A stretch of 64,000 bases of DNA, taken from an uncultured Acidobacteriota bacterium. GTDB taxonomy: Bacteria > Acidobacteriota > Thermoanaerobaculia > Thermoanaerobaculales > Sulfomarinibacteraceae. The notes under the pieces were generated by a model that was not told the origin of the DNA, did not search any database, and worked only from the letters and a program-made list of their open reading frames with translations. Positions 37,766 to 48,413 of the stretch are shown here, in pieces; position 1 is the first letter of the stretch; every line of letters begins with the position of its first letter. The stretch is from NCBI GenBank assembly GCA_963823445.1, contig CAWGLT010000014.1, positions 199,472 through 263,471 of the forward strand. Direction: 5' to 3'. The position numbers and the translations under genes were made by a program.

Positions 37766-38296
37766 ATGAAGATCACCAAACTCTTGATGTGCGTCGTGGC
37801 GGTTGCGGCCGCGAGCGTCGTCGCGATGCCGGCCCAGGCGCAGGAGAACACGCCTGATACCCCGGCCGTCGCCGCCGACAGCCTCGGCGAGGAAGAGGTC
37901 GACACGTCGGCCATCGAGCAGATTCTGCGCGGTGAAAGGGAGATGCTCCAGGGTGGCACCTTCTCCTATGATCCGGCCGGCCGCCGTGATCCTTTCCGAT
38001 CGCTCAACGCGGGGTTCGAGCAGGACCTGGACGCCGAGTCGGAACCCCGCCCCCCCGGTCTGCCGGGGATGAGCGTGGACGAAATCAGACTCTCGGGGAT
38101 CATCGACACGCCCAACGGGATCCTCGCGTTCTGTCAGGGGCGAGACAGTATTTCGTATATTCTCCGGCCGGGCACCAAGCTCTGGGACGGAGAGGTCAAG
38201 GATATCCAGTTCGACCGCGTGGTCTTCAGAAAGCAGTCGAACGACCCGAAACAGCTCAAACCGTACGAGGACATCGTACGTGAGATCACGGATTAG
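37766..38296 (+). CDS. pilP: PilP-like pilus assembly protein
   Basis: Signal peptide, GRRDPFRS motif, C-terminal IRLSGIIDTPNGILAFCQG...WDGEVKDIQFDRVVF beta domain. Confidence 0.75.
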   Translation: MKITKLLMCVVAVAAASVVAMPAQAQENTPDTPAVAADSLGEEEVDTSAIEQILRGEREMLQGGTFSYDPAGRRDPFRSLNAGFEQDLDAESEPRPPGLPGMSVDEIRLSGIIDTPNGILAFCQGRDSISYILRPGTKLWDGEVKDIQFDRVVFRKQSNDPKQLKPYEDIVREITD

Positions 38297-38327
38297 CCGT
38301 TCGAGTGATATCGAATTGGGGGATGGC

Positions 38328-40766
38328 ATGATGAACATCAACGTCCGCGTCCTGGTAGTGGCGGCGATCTGCGTGTCGTTGGGATGGATGTGTCCCGGCA
38401 ACGCGGCAGCTTCCCTGCCGACGCTCCACGGGCTGACGGCGGAAGCAGGGTCGTCCGGGCCCGTGATCCACCTGCGGACCGACGACGCTCTCGAGACGGT
38501 CCACTATTCTCCCCAGCCGGGCGTGTGGGTGATTGAAATGCCCGAGGCTGAGTGGGAGCAGAGCTCCGGGACTCTCATCGATCCCTCGCTCGGGATCGAG
38601 CGAGCCGAGCTCTCCGCGGTTGACGAGTTCGGCAAGAGGGTCACCCGTCTGACGGTGTGGCTCGTCGAACCGTCACAGCTGCGGCTGGACACGGCTTCGG
38701 GGGGGTTGGACCTGGTTTTTGCCTCTTTCTCGTCGGGCGCCGGTGGGGTGACGAAGCAGGAGCCGAGCCGGGAGCCGACCGTGGCGGTCGTCGCGCCGGT
38801 CGCCCCCGCGCCGCCGTTGAACGAGGCGACGAACCTCCTCGATGTCATTCCGGTGGGATCGAGTCAGGGAGTCGTGATCGAGCTCAAGGGTGACGGCGCC
38901 CTCTCCGGGACCGCCTTCACGCTTCCCGATCCCGATCGCCTCGTGATCGATCTTCAAGGCGTCATCAAACGGTTCAATCGCAGCATCTACCCGGTCGGAA
39001 CCGGCCCGGTGCGGCAGGTCCGGGTGGCGCAGAATCGAACCGTGCCCGAACCCGTGACCCGAATCGTCGTCGATCTCGACGGCGAGGCCCGTTATGATTT
39101 CGAGGAGACCCCCAACGGCGCCGTGATCCGCGTGACCGGGCCCGGCGGCTCCTTCCCCGAGCCGGCGCCGGTGGTGATCGCCGACAACGAGATCGTCACC
39201 GAGACCGAGTACGTGGTTGCCCGAAACGACATCGAGCCGGTCGCGCAGCCGAAGGTCGAACCGCCGGTGGCGCCGGAGCCGATGGTGGAAGAGACGGTCG
39301 TGGCACCGACCCGCTTCGAGGCTTCCGACACCGCCGAGAGCGAAACCGCCGACGAGTGGGGCCGGCCGATTCCGGTGGAATCCGACTGGCCGGCCGCGGT
39401 TGAAGCCAGAACCGAACCGGTGGCCGAGCGCAGCCCCTTCGTGGCCGACCCGTCGCAGATGATCGAGCACGCGCCGGCCGCGCAGGTTCTCGACGCTCCG
39501 ACCACCAGGGCCGACACCTATGAGACCACCGAGGTGGACTCGCAAGAGCAGCAGTTCACCGGCGAGCCCATCAGCCTCAGCCTCAAGGACGCCGATGTCC
39601 GCGACGTGCTCAAGACCTTCTCGGCGCTGACCCAGCTCAACATCATCGTCGACCCCGGGGTCGGCGGCTCGGTGACCGTCGAGCTGAGGGATGTTCCGTG
39701 GGACCAGGCTCTCGATCTCATCCTGCGGATCAACGGACTCGACTACGTCCTCGAAAACAACGTGCTGAGAGTTGCGACGAATGCGAAGCTCGCCGCCGAG
39801 AAGACGGCCAAGGCGAACCTCGACAAACAGCGTGAGGCCGCCAAACCGCTGCGGACCGTTCTCAAGCCGCTGTCCTACGCCAAGGCGAGCTATGTCGCCG
39901 GGCTTCTTTCCAACGACAGCTATCTGCTCTCCGATCGCGGCACGGTGACCACCGACGAGCGCACCAACACCCTCATCATCCGCGACGTCGTGGATCGGGT
40001 CGAGGGCGTCCTGCGGCTCATCGAGAGCCTCGATCAGCCGACGCCGCAGGTGGTCATCGAAGGCCGCATCGTTGAAACCACCCGCGACTTCTCCCGTGAG
40101 CTCGGCGTGAGCTGGGGATTCGACGGGGTGATGAACGCGGCGCACGGCAACGACACCGGTCTCGACTTTCCCAACTCGGTCGAGGTCTCCGGTGATGTCG
40201 AGCTCGCGCGCGGCAACCAGGGATTCCTGGCCTTCAGCTTCGGCGACATCCTCAACACCTTCAACCTCGACTTTCTGCTCTCCGCAGCGGAGACCGACGG
40301 TCTCCTGCGGATCGTCTCGACGCCGCGGGTGACGACCCAGAACCTCATGCAGGCTTCCATCCGTTCGGGTCTCCAGATCCCGGTCCAGACCATCGCCAAC
40401 AACACGGTCACCGTGCAGTATGTCGACGCCACCCTGCGGCTCCAGGTGACGCCGCAGATCACCGCCGAAGGAACCGTCAACCTCGAGATCGACATCAAGA
40501 AACAGGAAGCGGTCCTCGCCGCCGCCGTCGTCGGCGGCAACAACGTCCCGATCTTTACTCGTGACGCGCAGACCCAGCTCCTGGTGCGGGATGGCGGAAC
40601 GACCGTCATTGCCGGCATCTATCAAATCAACGATCAGGAAAACGAAAACAGGATCCCCGGTCTGTACAAGATTCCGATCTTCGGAAGTCTGTTCAAGAAC
40701 AAGGGAACCTTCAAACGGCACGACGAGCTCCTGATCTTCATCACACCGCGCATCGTCAAGTACTGA
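38328..40766 (+). CDS. pilQ: Type IV pilus secretin PilQ with AMIN domains
   Basis: Two AMIN-like repeats (…VTRLTVWL…, …VTRIVVDL…). Secretin N domains and C-terminal secretin core: VSTPRVTTQNLMQASI, IPGLYKIPIFGSLFKN, ELLIFITPRIV. Confidence 0.9.
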   Translation: MMNINVRVLVVAAICVSLGWMCPGNAAASLPTLHGLTAEAGSSGPVIHLRTDDALETVHYSPQPGVWVIEMPEAEWEQSSGTLIDPSLGIERAELSAVDEFGKRVTRLTVWLVEPSQLRLDTASGGLDLVFASFSSGAGGVTKQEPSREPTVAVVAPVAPAPPLNEATNLLDVIPVGSSQGVVIELKGDGALSGTAFTLPDPDRLVIDLQGVIKRFNRSIYPVGTGPVRQVRVAQNRTVPEPVTRIVVDLDGEARYDFEETPNGAVIRVTGPGGSFPEPAPVVIADNEIVTETEYVVARNDIEPVAQPKVEPPVAPEPMVEETVVAPTRFEASDTAESETADEWGRPIPVESDWPAAVEARTEPVAERSPFVADPSQMIEHAPAAQVLDAPTTRADTYETTEVDSQEQQFTGEPISLSLKDADVRDVLKTFSALTQLNIIVDPGVGGSVTVELRDVPWDQALDLILRINGLDYVLENNVLRVATNAKLAAEKTAKANLDKQREAAKPLRTVLKPLSYAKASYVAGLLSNDSYLLSDRGTVTTDERTNTLIIRDVVDRVEGVLRLIESLDQPTPQVVIEGRIVETTRDFSRELGVSWGFDGVMNAAHGNDTGLDFPNSVEVSGDVELARGNQGFLAFSFGDILNTFNLDFLLSAAETDGLLRIVSTPRVTTQNLMQASIRSGLQIPVQTIANNTVTVQYVDATLRLQVTPQITAEGTVNLEIDIKKQEAVLAAAVVGGNNVPIFTRDAQTQLLVRDGGTTVIAGIYQINDQENENRIPGLYKIPIFGSLFKNKGTFKRHDELLIFITPRIVKY

Positions 40767-40777
40767 GGGAGGGTCGG

Positions 40778-41347
40778 ATGAAACGCATCACGAGTGTCGG
40801 GGTTGTTCTCGCGGCAACGCTGCTGCTGGGTTCCTGCGGCGGGAACAGCACCCTCGACGACACCGAGGCGGCGGTCTTCATTTCCGTCGACATTGACGAG
40901 TACAACCCCGATATCGATATCTGCAACTTCATTGCCTTCGGGGTGGATATCGACATCGAAAAAATGAACGTGGTGTCGAACCCAAAGGCGCCGGGTGTGA
41001 CCCTGAGCGCCGCGCAGGACGTGCGGATTCTCCGCTGGGTCATCACCCCCGAGCGCAATGACGGCGGCACGACGGCATCGCCCCAGGCGGTTTTCGATCA
41101 GGGCGTCATCGTCCCCGCGGGGGGGACCACCAATCTTGAAAACTGGCGGGTCTATCCGGTCGAGTATCTCAACGAGATCCCGCTCGCGTATCTGCTGCCG
41201 GAGAACGGCGGAGTCGATCCCGAGACCGCGAACCGGAACATCCGCCAACGACTCGTGCTGCAGCTCTTCGGTGAGACCATGTCCGGCAAGAGCGTCGCCT
41301 CGGTGCCGGTTCCGATTCAATACAACTTCTTCTGCGGTAGCCCGTGA
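40778..41347 (+). CDS. Hypothetical lipoprotein
   Basis: Lipobox LLLGSCGG. No family recognised. Immediately downstream of pilQ. Confidence 0.55.
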   Translation: MKRITSVGVVLAATLLLGSCGGNSTLDDTEAAVFISVDIDEYNPDIDICNFIAFGVDIDIEKMNVVSNPKAPGVTLSAAQDVRILRWVITPERNDGGTTASPQAVFDQGVIVPAGGTTNLENWRVYPVEYLNEIPLAYLLPENGGVDPETANRNIRQRLVLQLFGETMSGKSVASVPVPIQYNFFCGSP

Positions 41348-41367
41348 CGGGTAGGGGGTCCGGAGCC

Positions 41368-43988
41368 ATGAAGCGCTTCTTCAATTGTCTCATTCTGTTT
41401 GGTCTCGTGGTCTCGGTGGGGTGTTCGGGCGGCAGCCCGAAGCCGCCGACGGTGACGCCGCCGCCGGGTGGCGATGTCTGGCTCATCACCGCGCTCCAGG
41501 CCAGCAACAGCAACCCCATCGTCAACACCGTCGTCGCGGTGACAGCCGCCGTTACCCTCAACGGCGCGCCGGCGCCCGACGGAACCCAGGTCGAGTTCTC
41601 GGCCAACGGGGGTGTGTTCACGTCCAACGGCCAGACCCTCGCGACGGTTCTGACCACGGGCGGCGAAGCTTCCATCATCTTCGGCGCGACCGATGACGGT
41701 GTCTATACCGTCCAGGCGCGGGTCAGGACGGTCACCCGGCAGGTCCAGGTTTCCTACCGCAACCCGGACAACACCGGTGGGCTCCAGATGTGGAGCGTCA
41801 ACCCGCGCGAAGGATCCTATGTCGGCGGCGAGCAGGTCGTGCTCGCCGGCAAGGGAATCGTGAACCCGGTCGAGGTCTATTTCACCGTCCAGGGCACCCA
41901 GTACCAGGCCATCGTCGACTCGGTGGTCCAGAGTGTTCCCGCCGACAGCGAGGGGACCATCACCATCAGAACTCCGTATCCGAGCGCGGCCAACACCAAC
42001 ATCACGTCGCCGGCCGACATCAGGGTGATCGTCAGGGTCGGAACCCCCGACGAAGAGAGTCAGACCTATCCCCAGGTCTTCACCTTCATCTCCGACAGCG
42101 TGACCGTCGGTGTTCCGGTGATCTACGGCGTCGAGCCCTACTCCGGTCGTTCGGCGGGCGGCGAGAGCGTGACCATCCTCGGTCTCAACTTCGCCGTCGA
42201 CGAGGCCAAGGCGCTGGTCAAGAACTTCGACGAGGTCTACTTCACCTTCAACGGCCAGGACCTCCTCGCCCAGGTCGAGCGCTGGTCGGCCAACCAGATC
42301 GAGGTCGTCACGCCCCGCTTCAGCCTGCTGCCGCTGACTTCGAACCAGAATGCCGGCGTCAAGCTGACCCGCGTCGGCGACGACAACGTCGTCAAGAACG
42401 ATGTCTTCATCGTCAAATCCGACATCGCCGAGCCCGAGATCACCGGCATTTCGCCGACCGCCGGCCCCATGGACGGCGGCACCCTCGTGACCATCACCGG
42501 CCACGGCTTCGAGATCCCCATCCAGGTCCTCTTCGGCACCTGGGAGGCGACCGGTTGCCAGGTCATCGACGACCAGTCGCTCGCCGACAACGACATCATC
42601 ACCTGCCTCACCCCGGACATCAGCCAGCAGGGTCAGATCCCGCCGTTTGCGGTGACGGTCCAGGTGACCAACCTCCAGACCGGCAACACGACGACCTCGG
42701 CCCAGACCTTCACCTTCGGCGAGACCCTCTATGTCAGCCAGGCCAACCCCACCGAGGGACAGATCGGCGATCTGCTGACGCTCTTCGGCGCCGGCTTCGA
42801 GGATCCGCTCACGGTCTGGTTCTCAGGCAACATCGAGTTCGACGTCATCGCCGTGACCGGCACCGAGCTCACCCTGCGCTCGCCGACGAGCCTGGCGCCG
42901 ACCTGCGGCGACCGCTCGGGCGGCTTCCGCGTCGTGCTCAACGAGTCGAACCGCGAGGCCTCGGGCGGCAACTACACCCTACTCGGGTCCAACCCCACCG
43001 TGACCAGCGTCGATCCGATCTTTGTCGAGGAGACCGATTTCGGCAACGGCGTGGTGCCCGGCGAGATCGACATCTATGGAGTTCGGTTCGCCGACAATCT
43101 CCTGGTGCGGATCAACAACTACACCATCGCCCCGGCCGACACCGAGGTCGATCTCGCCGGAGCACATCCACATCCTCCAGATTCCCGCGCCCAACGATTT
43201 CGGGCTCTGTCTTCAACACCGGATCCTGCACCACCGACACCGGTCTGGCGGGGATCAGGAACGAGCCGACCCCGGTCAACGTGACCGTGCGCAACCTGCC
43301 TCTGGGTTGCGAGAGCACCCTCGCGCAGGGGCTGGTCTACATTCCGGAAGACCAGACCTGCGTCGCCGCGCCGCAGATCACAGTCGATGACCTCACGTTC
43401 CCGCCGACGGAGTCCCCGGGCCTGTCAGCTCCGCAGACGGTCTTCGTCAACAACAGCGCGGGGGCCGGAGACCTCTGGTCTCCGGGCATCTTCCTCAGCG
43501 GAGACTTCTACTTCGACGGCGGCTGCTCGATCGCAGTCCGGGCCGGGATTCACCGTTCCGGCCTTCACGACCGGGTACATGCGGACCCAACGTCTACTTC
43601 TGCCCCGAGGACGACGACGGCGGACCTACTCCGGACAGTTGAGGATCATCAGCAACGACCCCAGCAGCCCGACGCAACGAATCTCTGGGCCCAGGAGGCT
43701 ATTCCCGATCCTCTCGGTCAGCGCCACCGCGCTGACCTTCCCGGGGCGGCTACCCTGACCAGCGACGTTCGACGTCATCAACCTCGGCACCGGTGATCTC
43801 ACCTTCATCGCTGCCGTCGCCGGGCAGTGGTTCTCGATCACCTCCGTCGAACGGGCATCGTGGCACCTGGAGTCCATGCAACGGTGACGTGCAGGCTGCA
43901 GCGGACCGGTACCGGGACAGTGACCGTGACTGCGACCAATCCCGATGCCCAGGGCTCGCCCCAGGTCGTCGACCTGACCGCACCCTGA
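41368..43988 (+). pseudogene. Ig-like/IPT-TIG repeat lipoprotein whose last ~850 nt carry 7 or more frame disruptions (pseudogene or local assembly error)
   Basis: Lipobox VVSVGCSGG. Repeated IPT-like modules (GPMDGGTLVTITGHGFEIPIQVLFG and others) are intact to ~43158. Sensible peptide then continues only by hopping frames (details in findings), ending at TGA 43986-43988 before a strong terminator. Confidence 0.55.
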
Positions 43989-44004
43989 CCGTAGGTCTCG
44001 ATTC

Positions 44005-44032
44005 GGCCGGGCCTTCGGGCCCGGCCGTTTTT
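44005..44032 (+). terminator. Rho-independent terminator
   Basis: GGCCGGGCC-TTCG-GGCCCGGCC followed by GTTTTT. Confidence 0.85.
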
Positions 44033-44042
44033 GAATACTCAG

Positions 44043-45527
44043 ATGGATTATCGCATCGAGCAACTCCGCTATCTGCTCCGGGAAGACCCTTCTTCCCGGA
44101 TCTTTTATCAGCTCGGTGAGCTTCTGCGCCGCGAGGGCGAGGCCGCCGAGGCGGTTGCGATCCTCCGCGCCGGGCTCGAGCGCCACCCCCGTTATGTCTC
44201 CGCATGGGTCTGTCTCGGCCGGTCGCAGCGCGATCTGAAAGCTTTCGAGGACGCCAGGCGGTCCTTCCAGACGGCCCTCGACCTCGATCGTGAGAACCCG
44301 GTTGCGGCCCGCCTGCTCGGCGAAACCGCGATCGAGCAGAAGGACTGGCTCGGCGCCGTCAAGGCCCTCAAGCTCTCGCGTGCGCTGAGCGGCGCGGACG
44401 AAGGGCTCGACGCCGAGATCGCCATGGTCGAAAGCCATCTCGATGACGACGGCCGGCTCGATCGGCCGGTTGGGCGGCCGCGGCCGGTCAAAACTCCGGT
44501 GCGCTGCCTCGATGTCGTGAACCTCTCGGCGGACGACCCCTTCTCGGCCTCGGCGGACGAGGCCGAGGTCAGGACCGAGGTCGACGACGTCTTTGCCGCC
44601 GCCGCGATCCCGGACGACGCGGCCGTCGATGAGGGCGCCCTCGTCGATGACATCGCCGGCGCCGGCGAAGCGGCCGTCGAGGCCGAAGCCGCGGCGGGCG
44701 AGATCGGCGATTTTCGACCCGACGAGGTCGAGGAAGTCGAGCACGAGTTCGTTGCGGCCGGGGTCGAGACCGGAGCCGCCGACGACCCGGGCGCGGGTTT
44801 CGTCGATCTCGCCCCGATCGTCGACGAGAGCTCCGTCGGAGCGTGGTCGACCACGATGGCCGCCGCCGGCGTCTCCGGCGCCGAGGCGTGGACCGAGCCG
44901 TCGGGCGGGATCGTCGCCGACGGCGGGTTTTCGCCCGATGAGGCGTGGGCCGAGCCGGGCGCTGCCATCGCAGCGGTGGAAGCGGTCGCAGAAGAAGCGG
45001 TCGAAGCCGCCGAAGGACCCGTATCGGAGGAGGCCCCGGGCGCCTCCGAGGAGGCTGTCGACGATGACGCCCTGCCGGGCGAAGACCGCGGCGTCGGCGC
45101 CGTCGAGGTCACCCGACCGATCCCCGTTCCCGATTTTTCCGGCTGGGCTGAGGCGACACCCCGGCCGAGGAGTCTCGAGAGCCTGCCGCCGCCGGCCGGG
45201 GTCGGCGAAGACGACCTCGGTGGCGGCGAACCCGGGCTCACCGACAAACGACACGAGCTCGAGCACGGCGTGCCCCTGCCCACCATGACCCTCGCCAGGC
45301 TGGCCCTCGGGCAGGACGACCGACCGCTCGCCATGGCGACGTTGGAGAGCCTCATCGAACGCGACCCGGCCAACACCGAGGCCATCCAGATGCTCGACGA
45401 GCTCCGGGCCCGGGAAGAGGTCTTCGCCAACGAAAGGCTGCGGGCCGCGCGGGCGACGACCAAGATCGCAGCGTTGCAGGGCTGGCTCGACGCGGTTAGA
45501 CTGGCCGCGGAGAGGCGGGTGCAGTGA
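44043..45527 (+). CDS. TPR repeat protein with acidic low-complexity centre
   Basis: N-terminal TPRs (AVAILRAGLERHPRYVSAWVCLGRSQRDLKAFEDARRSFQTALDLDRENP), D/E/A-rich middle, and C-terminal TPR-like LESLIERDPANTEAIQMLDEL. ATG 44043 preferred over TTG 44031, which lies in the terminator. Confidence 0.7.
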   Translation: MDYRIEQLRYLLREDPSSRIFYQLGELLRREGEAAEAVAILRAGLERHPRYVSAWVCLGRSQRDLKAFEDARRSFQTALDLDRENPVAARLLGETAIEQKDWLGAVKALKLSRALSGADEGLDAEIAMVESHLDDDGRLDRPVGRPRPVKTPVRCLDVVNLSADDPFSASADEAEVRTEVDDVFAAAAIPDDAAVDEGALVDDIAGAGEAAVEAEAAAGEIGDFRPDEVEEVEHEFVAAGVETGAADDPGAGFVDLAPIVDESSVGAWSTTMAAAGVSGAEAWTEPSGGIVADGGFSPDEAWAEPGAAIAAVEAVAEEAVEAAEGPVSEEAPGASEEAVDDDALPGEDRGVGAVEVTRPIPVPDFSGWAEATPRPRSLESLPPPAGVGEDDLGGGEPGLTDKRHELEHGVPLPTMTLARLALGQDDRPLAMATLESLIERDPANTEAIQMLDELRAREEVFANERLRAARATTKIAALQGWLDAVRLAAERRVQ

Positions 45528-45877
45528 ATTTCGACGAGGTGGTGGCGGATCTGCTCGATCGGTGTCCGGGCGCCGGTGGGGCTGCGGTTTTCGACTCCGA
45601 CGGAATTCCCGTTGTCGCGTCTCCGAAGGACGGCAATCTCGAGGGTTTGAGCGCCGAGTTCGCCGCGATCGTCAAGCGGCTCGAACAGGCCGGACGCGAG
45701 TTCCAACATGGCCAGCTGCAGCAGCTGTCGGTTTTTGCCGAGAACACCGTCGTGATCCTGACCTCCATCGCAGCGGGTTACTTCCTGATGCTCATCGTGG
45801 ATCGTCACGGACTCGTCGGCAAAGCCCGGCTCCTCTCCCGCCTGACCAGCGAGCGGCTCTACACTGAATTCGTCTGA
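45524..45877 (+). CDS. Roadblock/LC7 (MglB-like) domain protein
   Basis: 117 aa. Pattern ...GAAVFDSDGIPVVAS...AAIVKRLEQAG...LQQLSVFAENTVVILTSI fits the Roadblock/LC7 fold as I recall it. GTGA overlap with the TPR gene. Confidence 0.6.
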   Translation: MNFDEVVADLLDRCPGAGGAAVFDSDGIPVVASPKDGNLEGLSAEFAAIVKRLEQAGREFQHGQLQQLSVFAENTVVILTSIAAGYFLMLIVDRHGLVGKARLLSRLTSERLYTEFV

Positions 45878-45889
45878 GGTACCACATTG

Positions 45890-46375
45890 ATGTTCAAGTT
45901 CGATGAGCTCTGTGAACTGATTCGTCTCGTCGGCTCGACCGACGTGGCGATGGTCGAGATCGAGCACGCCGGCGGACGGTTGCGCATCGACGGCAAGGCG
46001 CCGGCGCCGGTGCTGAGCCACGTTGCTCCGCTGACCCAGGCGCCGGCGGCGGTGACCGTCGAGTCGGCCCCGGCGGCGGTCGGAGCGCCGGCCGCGGCGT
46101 CCGCAACCGGGGAAGCGCCCGTCGTCGAGGACGATCTTCACTATGTCGTTTCACCCATCGTCGGGACGTTCTACCGGGCGCCGAACCCGGATGCGGATCC
46201 CTACGTCAAGGTCGGCGACACGGTCGACGGCGGCAAGACGCTCTGCATCATCGAGGCGATGAAGCTCATGAACGAGATCGAGAGCGACCTCTCCGGCACC
46301 ATCGTCAAGGTCTTTCCCGAGAACGCCCAGCCCGTGGAGTTTGGCGAACGTCTCTTCGCCATCCGGCCGTCGTAA
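45890..46375 (+). CDS. accB: Acetyl-CoA carboxylase biotin carboxyl carrier protein
   Basis: Biotinylation motif [13 protein letters not shown] and Ala/Pro-rich linker. Confidence 0.95.
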   Translation: MFKFDELCELIRLVGSTDVAMVEIEHAGGRLRIDGKAPAPVLSHVAPLTQAPAAVTVESAPAAVGAPAAASATGEAPVVEDDLHYVVSPIVGTFYRAPNPDADPYVKVGDTVDGGKTLCIIEAMKLMNEIESDLSGTIVKVFPENAQPVEFGERLFAIRPS

Positions 46376-46392
46376 CGGCCTCCGGTCGGATC

Positions 46393-47736
46393 ATGTTCTC
46401 GAAGATCCTGATTGCCAACCGCGGCGAGATCGCCGTGCGGATCATCGCCGCATGTCGTGAGCTCGGGATCGCCACCGTCGCGGTTCATTCCGAGGTCGAT
46501 CGCGAGTGCCTCCACGTCAAGCTCGCGGACGAGTCGGTCTGCATCGGCCCCGCGCCATCGACGGATTCCTATCTCAACGTGACCAATGTCATCTCGGCGG
46601 CCGAGATCACCGGGGCGGAGGCGATCCACCCCGGCTACGGCTTCCTCGCCGAGAACGCGAGGTTCGCCGAGATCGCCCAGGAGTGCGGTCTGACCTTTAT
46701 CGGCCCATCGGCCGAGGCGATCCGGCTCATGGGCAACAAGGCGGCCGCCCGGAAGGCGGCGGCCGAGGCCGGGTGCCCCGTCCTGCCGGGTTCCGAGGGC
46801 GCCTTGACCAGCGTCGCACAGGCTCTCGTTCTCGCCGGGGAGATCGGCTACCCGGTGATTCTCAAGGCGTCGGCCGGAGGCGGCGGGCGGGGCATGCGGC
46901 TCGCCTGGAATGACAATGAGTTGAAAAACGCCTACGCGATGGCCTGGAACGAGGCCGAAAAGGCCTTTGGCGATCCCACCCTCTATCTCGAGAAGTTCGT
47001 CCAGAACCCGCGCCACATCGAGTTCCAGATCCTTGCCGATGGACAGGGCCGGGTGGTCCACCTCGGCGAACGCGAGTGCTCGATCCAGCGCCGGCACCAG
47101 AAGATCCTCGAAGAGGCGCCCTCGGTGGTCCTCGACGACGAGCTTCGAGCCGAGATGGGCCGGGCCGCGGTGGCGGTCGCCCGGGCGGCGAAATACGTCA
47201 ACGCCGGGACCGTCGAGTTTCTGCTCTCCGCCGACAGGACCTTCACCTTCATGGAGATGAACACCAGGATTCAGGTGGAGCATCCGGTGACCGAGCTCGT
47301 CACCAGCGTCGATCTCGTGTGTGAGCAGTTGCGGATCGCCGCCGGGAAACCCATGTCGATCCCCAAGCGCCGGCAGATTCAGCCGAAGGGGCACGCCATC
47401 GAGTTTCGCATCAACGCCGAGGATCCGGACACTCTGCGACCGTCACCGGGCCTCATCACCCACCTCGCCCTGCCCGGCGGGCCGGGAGTCCGGGTCGACA
47501 CGCACATCTACTCCGGATACACGGTTCCGCCCACCTACGACAGCCTCATCGCCAAGCTCCTGGTGCACGGCAGGAACCGGAAAGAGGCCATCATCCGCGG
47601 CCGCCGCGCGCTCCAGATGTTTCAGATCGAGGGCATCAAGACCTCGATTCCGCTCCACCTCCGGATCCTCGACGATCCGGACTTCCAGGCCGGCGATTTC
47701 TCGACGGCATTCATGGAGCGGTACGTCTCGAAGTAA
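46393..47736 (+). CDS. accC: Acetyl-CoA carboxylase biotin carboxylase subunit
   Basis: [20 protein letters not shown]-type start, [32 protein letters not shown]. Confidence 0.97.
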   Translation: MFSKILIANRGEIAVRIIAACRELGIATVAVHSEVDRECLHVKLADESVCIGPAPSTDSYLNVTNVISAAEITGAEAIHPGYGFLAENARFAEIAQECGLTFIGPSAEAIRLMGNKAAARKAAAEAGCPVLPGSEGALTSVAQALVLAGEIGYPVILKASAGGGGRGMRLAWNDNELKNAYAMAWNEAEKAFGDPTLYLEKFVQNPRHIEFQILADGQGRVVHLGERECSIQRRHQKILEEAPSVVLDDELRAEMGRAAVAVARAAKYVNAGTVEFLLSADRTFTFMEMNTRIQVEHPVTELVTSVDLVCEQLRIAAGKPMSIPKRRQIQPKGHAIEFRINAEDPDTLRPSPGLITHLALPGGPGVRVDTHIYSGYTVPPTYDSLIAKLLVHGRNRKEAIIRGRRALQMFQIEGIKTSIPLHLRILDDPDFQAGDFSTAFMERYVSK

Positions 47737-47872
47737 TTCTCAATTCTCAATTCTCAATTCTTAATTCTTAGTTTTGAATTTTGAATTTGAATGACATCGC
47801 AGCGAGTGAGACGGCGCCGACGGCGGCCGGATGCGATGCAATTAAAAATTCATAATTCAAAATTCATAATTT
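47735..47872. repeat. AT-rich heptad-armed palindromic intergenic element, copy C
   Basis: Left arm is (AATTCTC)x3 AATTCTT AATTCTT AGTTTTG AATTTTG AATTTGA ATGACATCGCA. Core is 30 nt and GC-rich. Right arm is TGCGATGC AATTAAAAATTCATAATTCAAAATTCATAATT. Starts inside the TAA stop of accC. Confidence 0.8.
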
Positions 47873-47894
47873 CCCCGAGTGGTACCATTGATCG

Positions 47895-48413
47895 GTGTCC
47901 AATGTCTATTTCGTCGGTTTCATGGGCGCCGGGAAAACCGCGACCGGCAGGGTCGTCGCTCGCCGGATGGGCCGGGGGTTCGTCGACCTCGATGATGCGG
48001 TTGAAGCCCGGCTGGAATCGTCCATCCGGGAGATCTTCGAAGCCCAAGGTGAGGACGCGTTCCGAGCGGCCGAGACCGCCGAACTCAAGGCGACCTTCCT
48101 GAGGACCGATCTCGTCGTCGCCACCGGGGGCGGGGCGTATTCCAACCGCGAAAACCGGGACCTCATCCGAGATGCCGAGGGGATTTCGATCTTTCTCGAT
48201 CCACCGTGGGAGGCGATCCGCTCGCGTCTCGACGAGAAGGACCGGAGGCGGCCCAACTGGGTCGACGACCGCAAGGCGCGGGCGCTCTTTGTCAAACGAC
48301 GGCCCGATTACCTGCTCGCCGAGATCCACCTCGAGCTCAGCGGGACCGAGTCGCCGGTCGATGTCGCCGATCTCGCGTGCAGCGCGCTTCGAGAGATCCA
48401 GTGCGCTACCTGA
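47895..48413 (+). CDS. aroK: Shikimate kinase
   Basis: VYFVGFMGAGKTATGRVVARRMG P-loop. 172 aa. GTG start. Confidence 0.9.
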   Translation: MSNVYFVGFMGAGKTATGRVVARRMGRGFVDLDDAVEARLESSIREIFEAQGEDAFRAAETAELKATFLRTDLVVATGGGAYSNRENRDLIRDAEGISIFLDPPWEAIRSRLDEKDRRRPNWVDDRKARALFVKRRPDYLLAEIHLELSGTESPVDVADLACSALREIQCAT

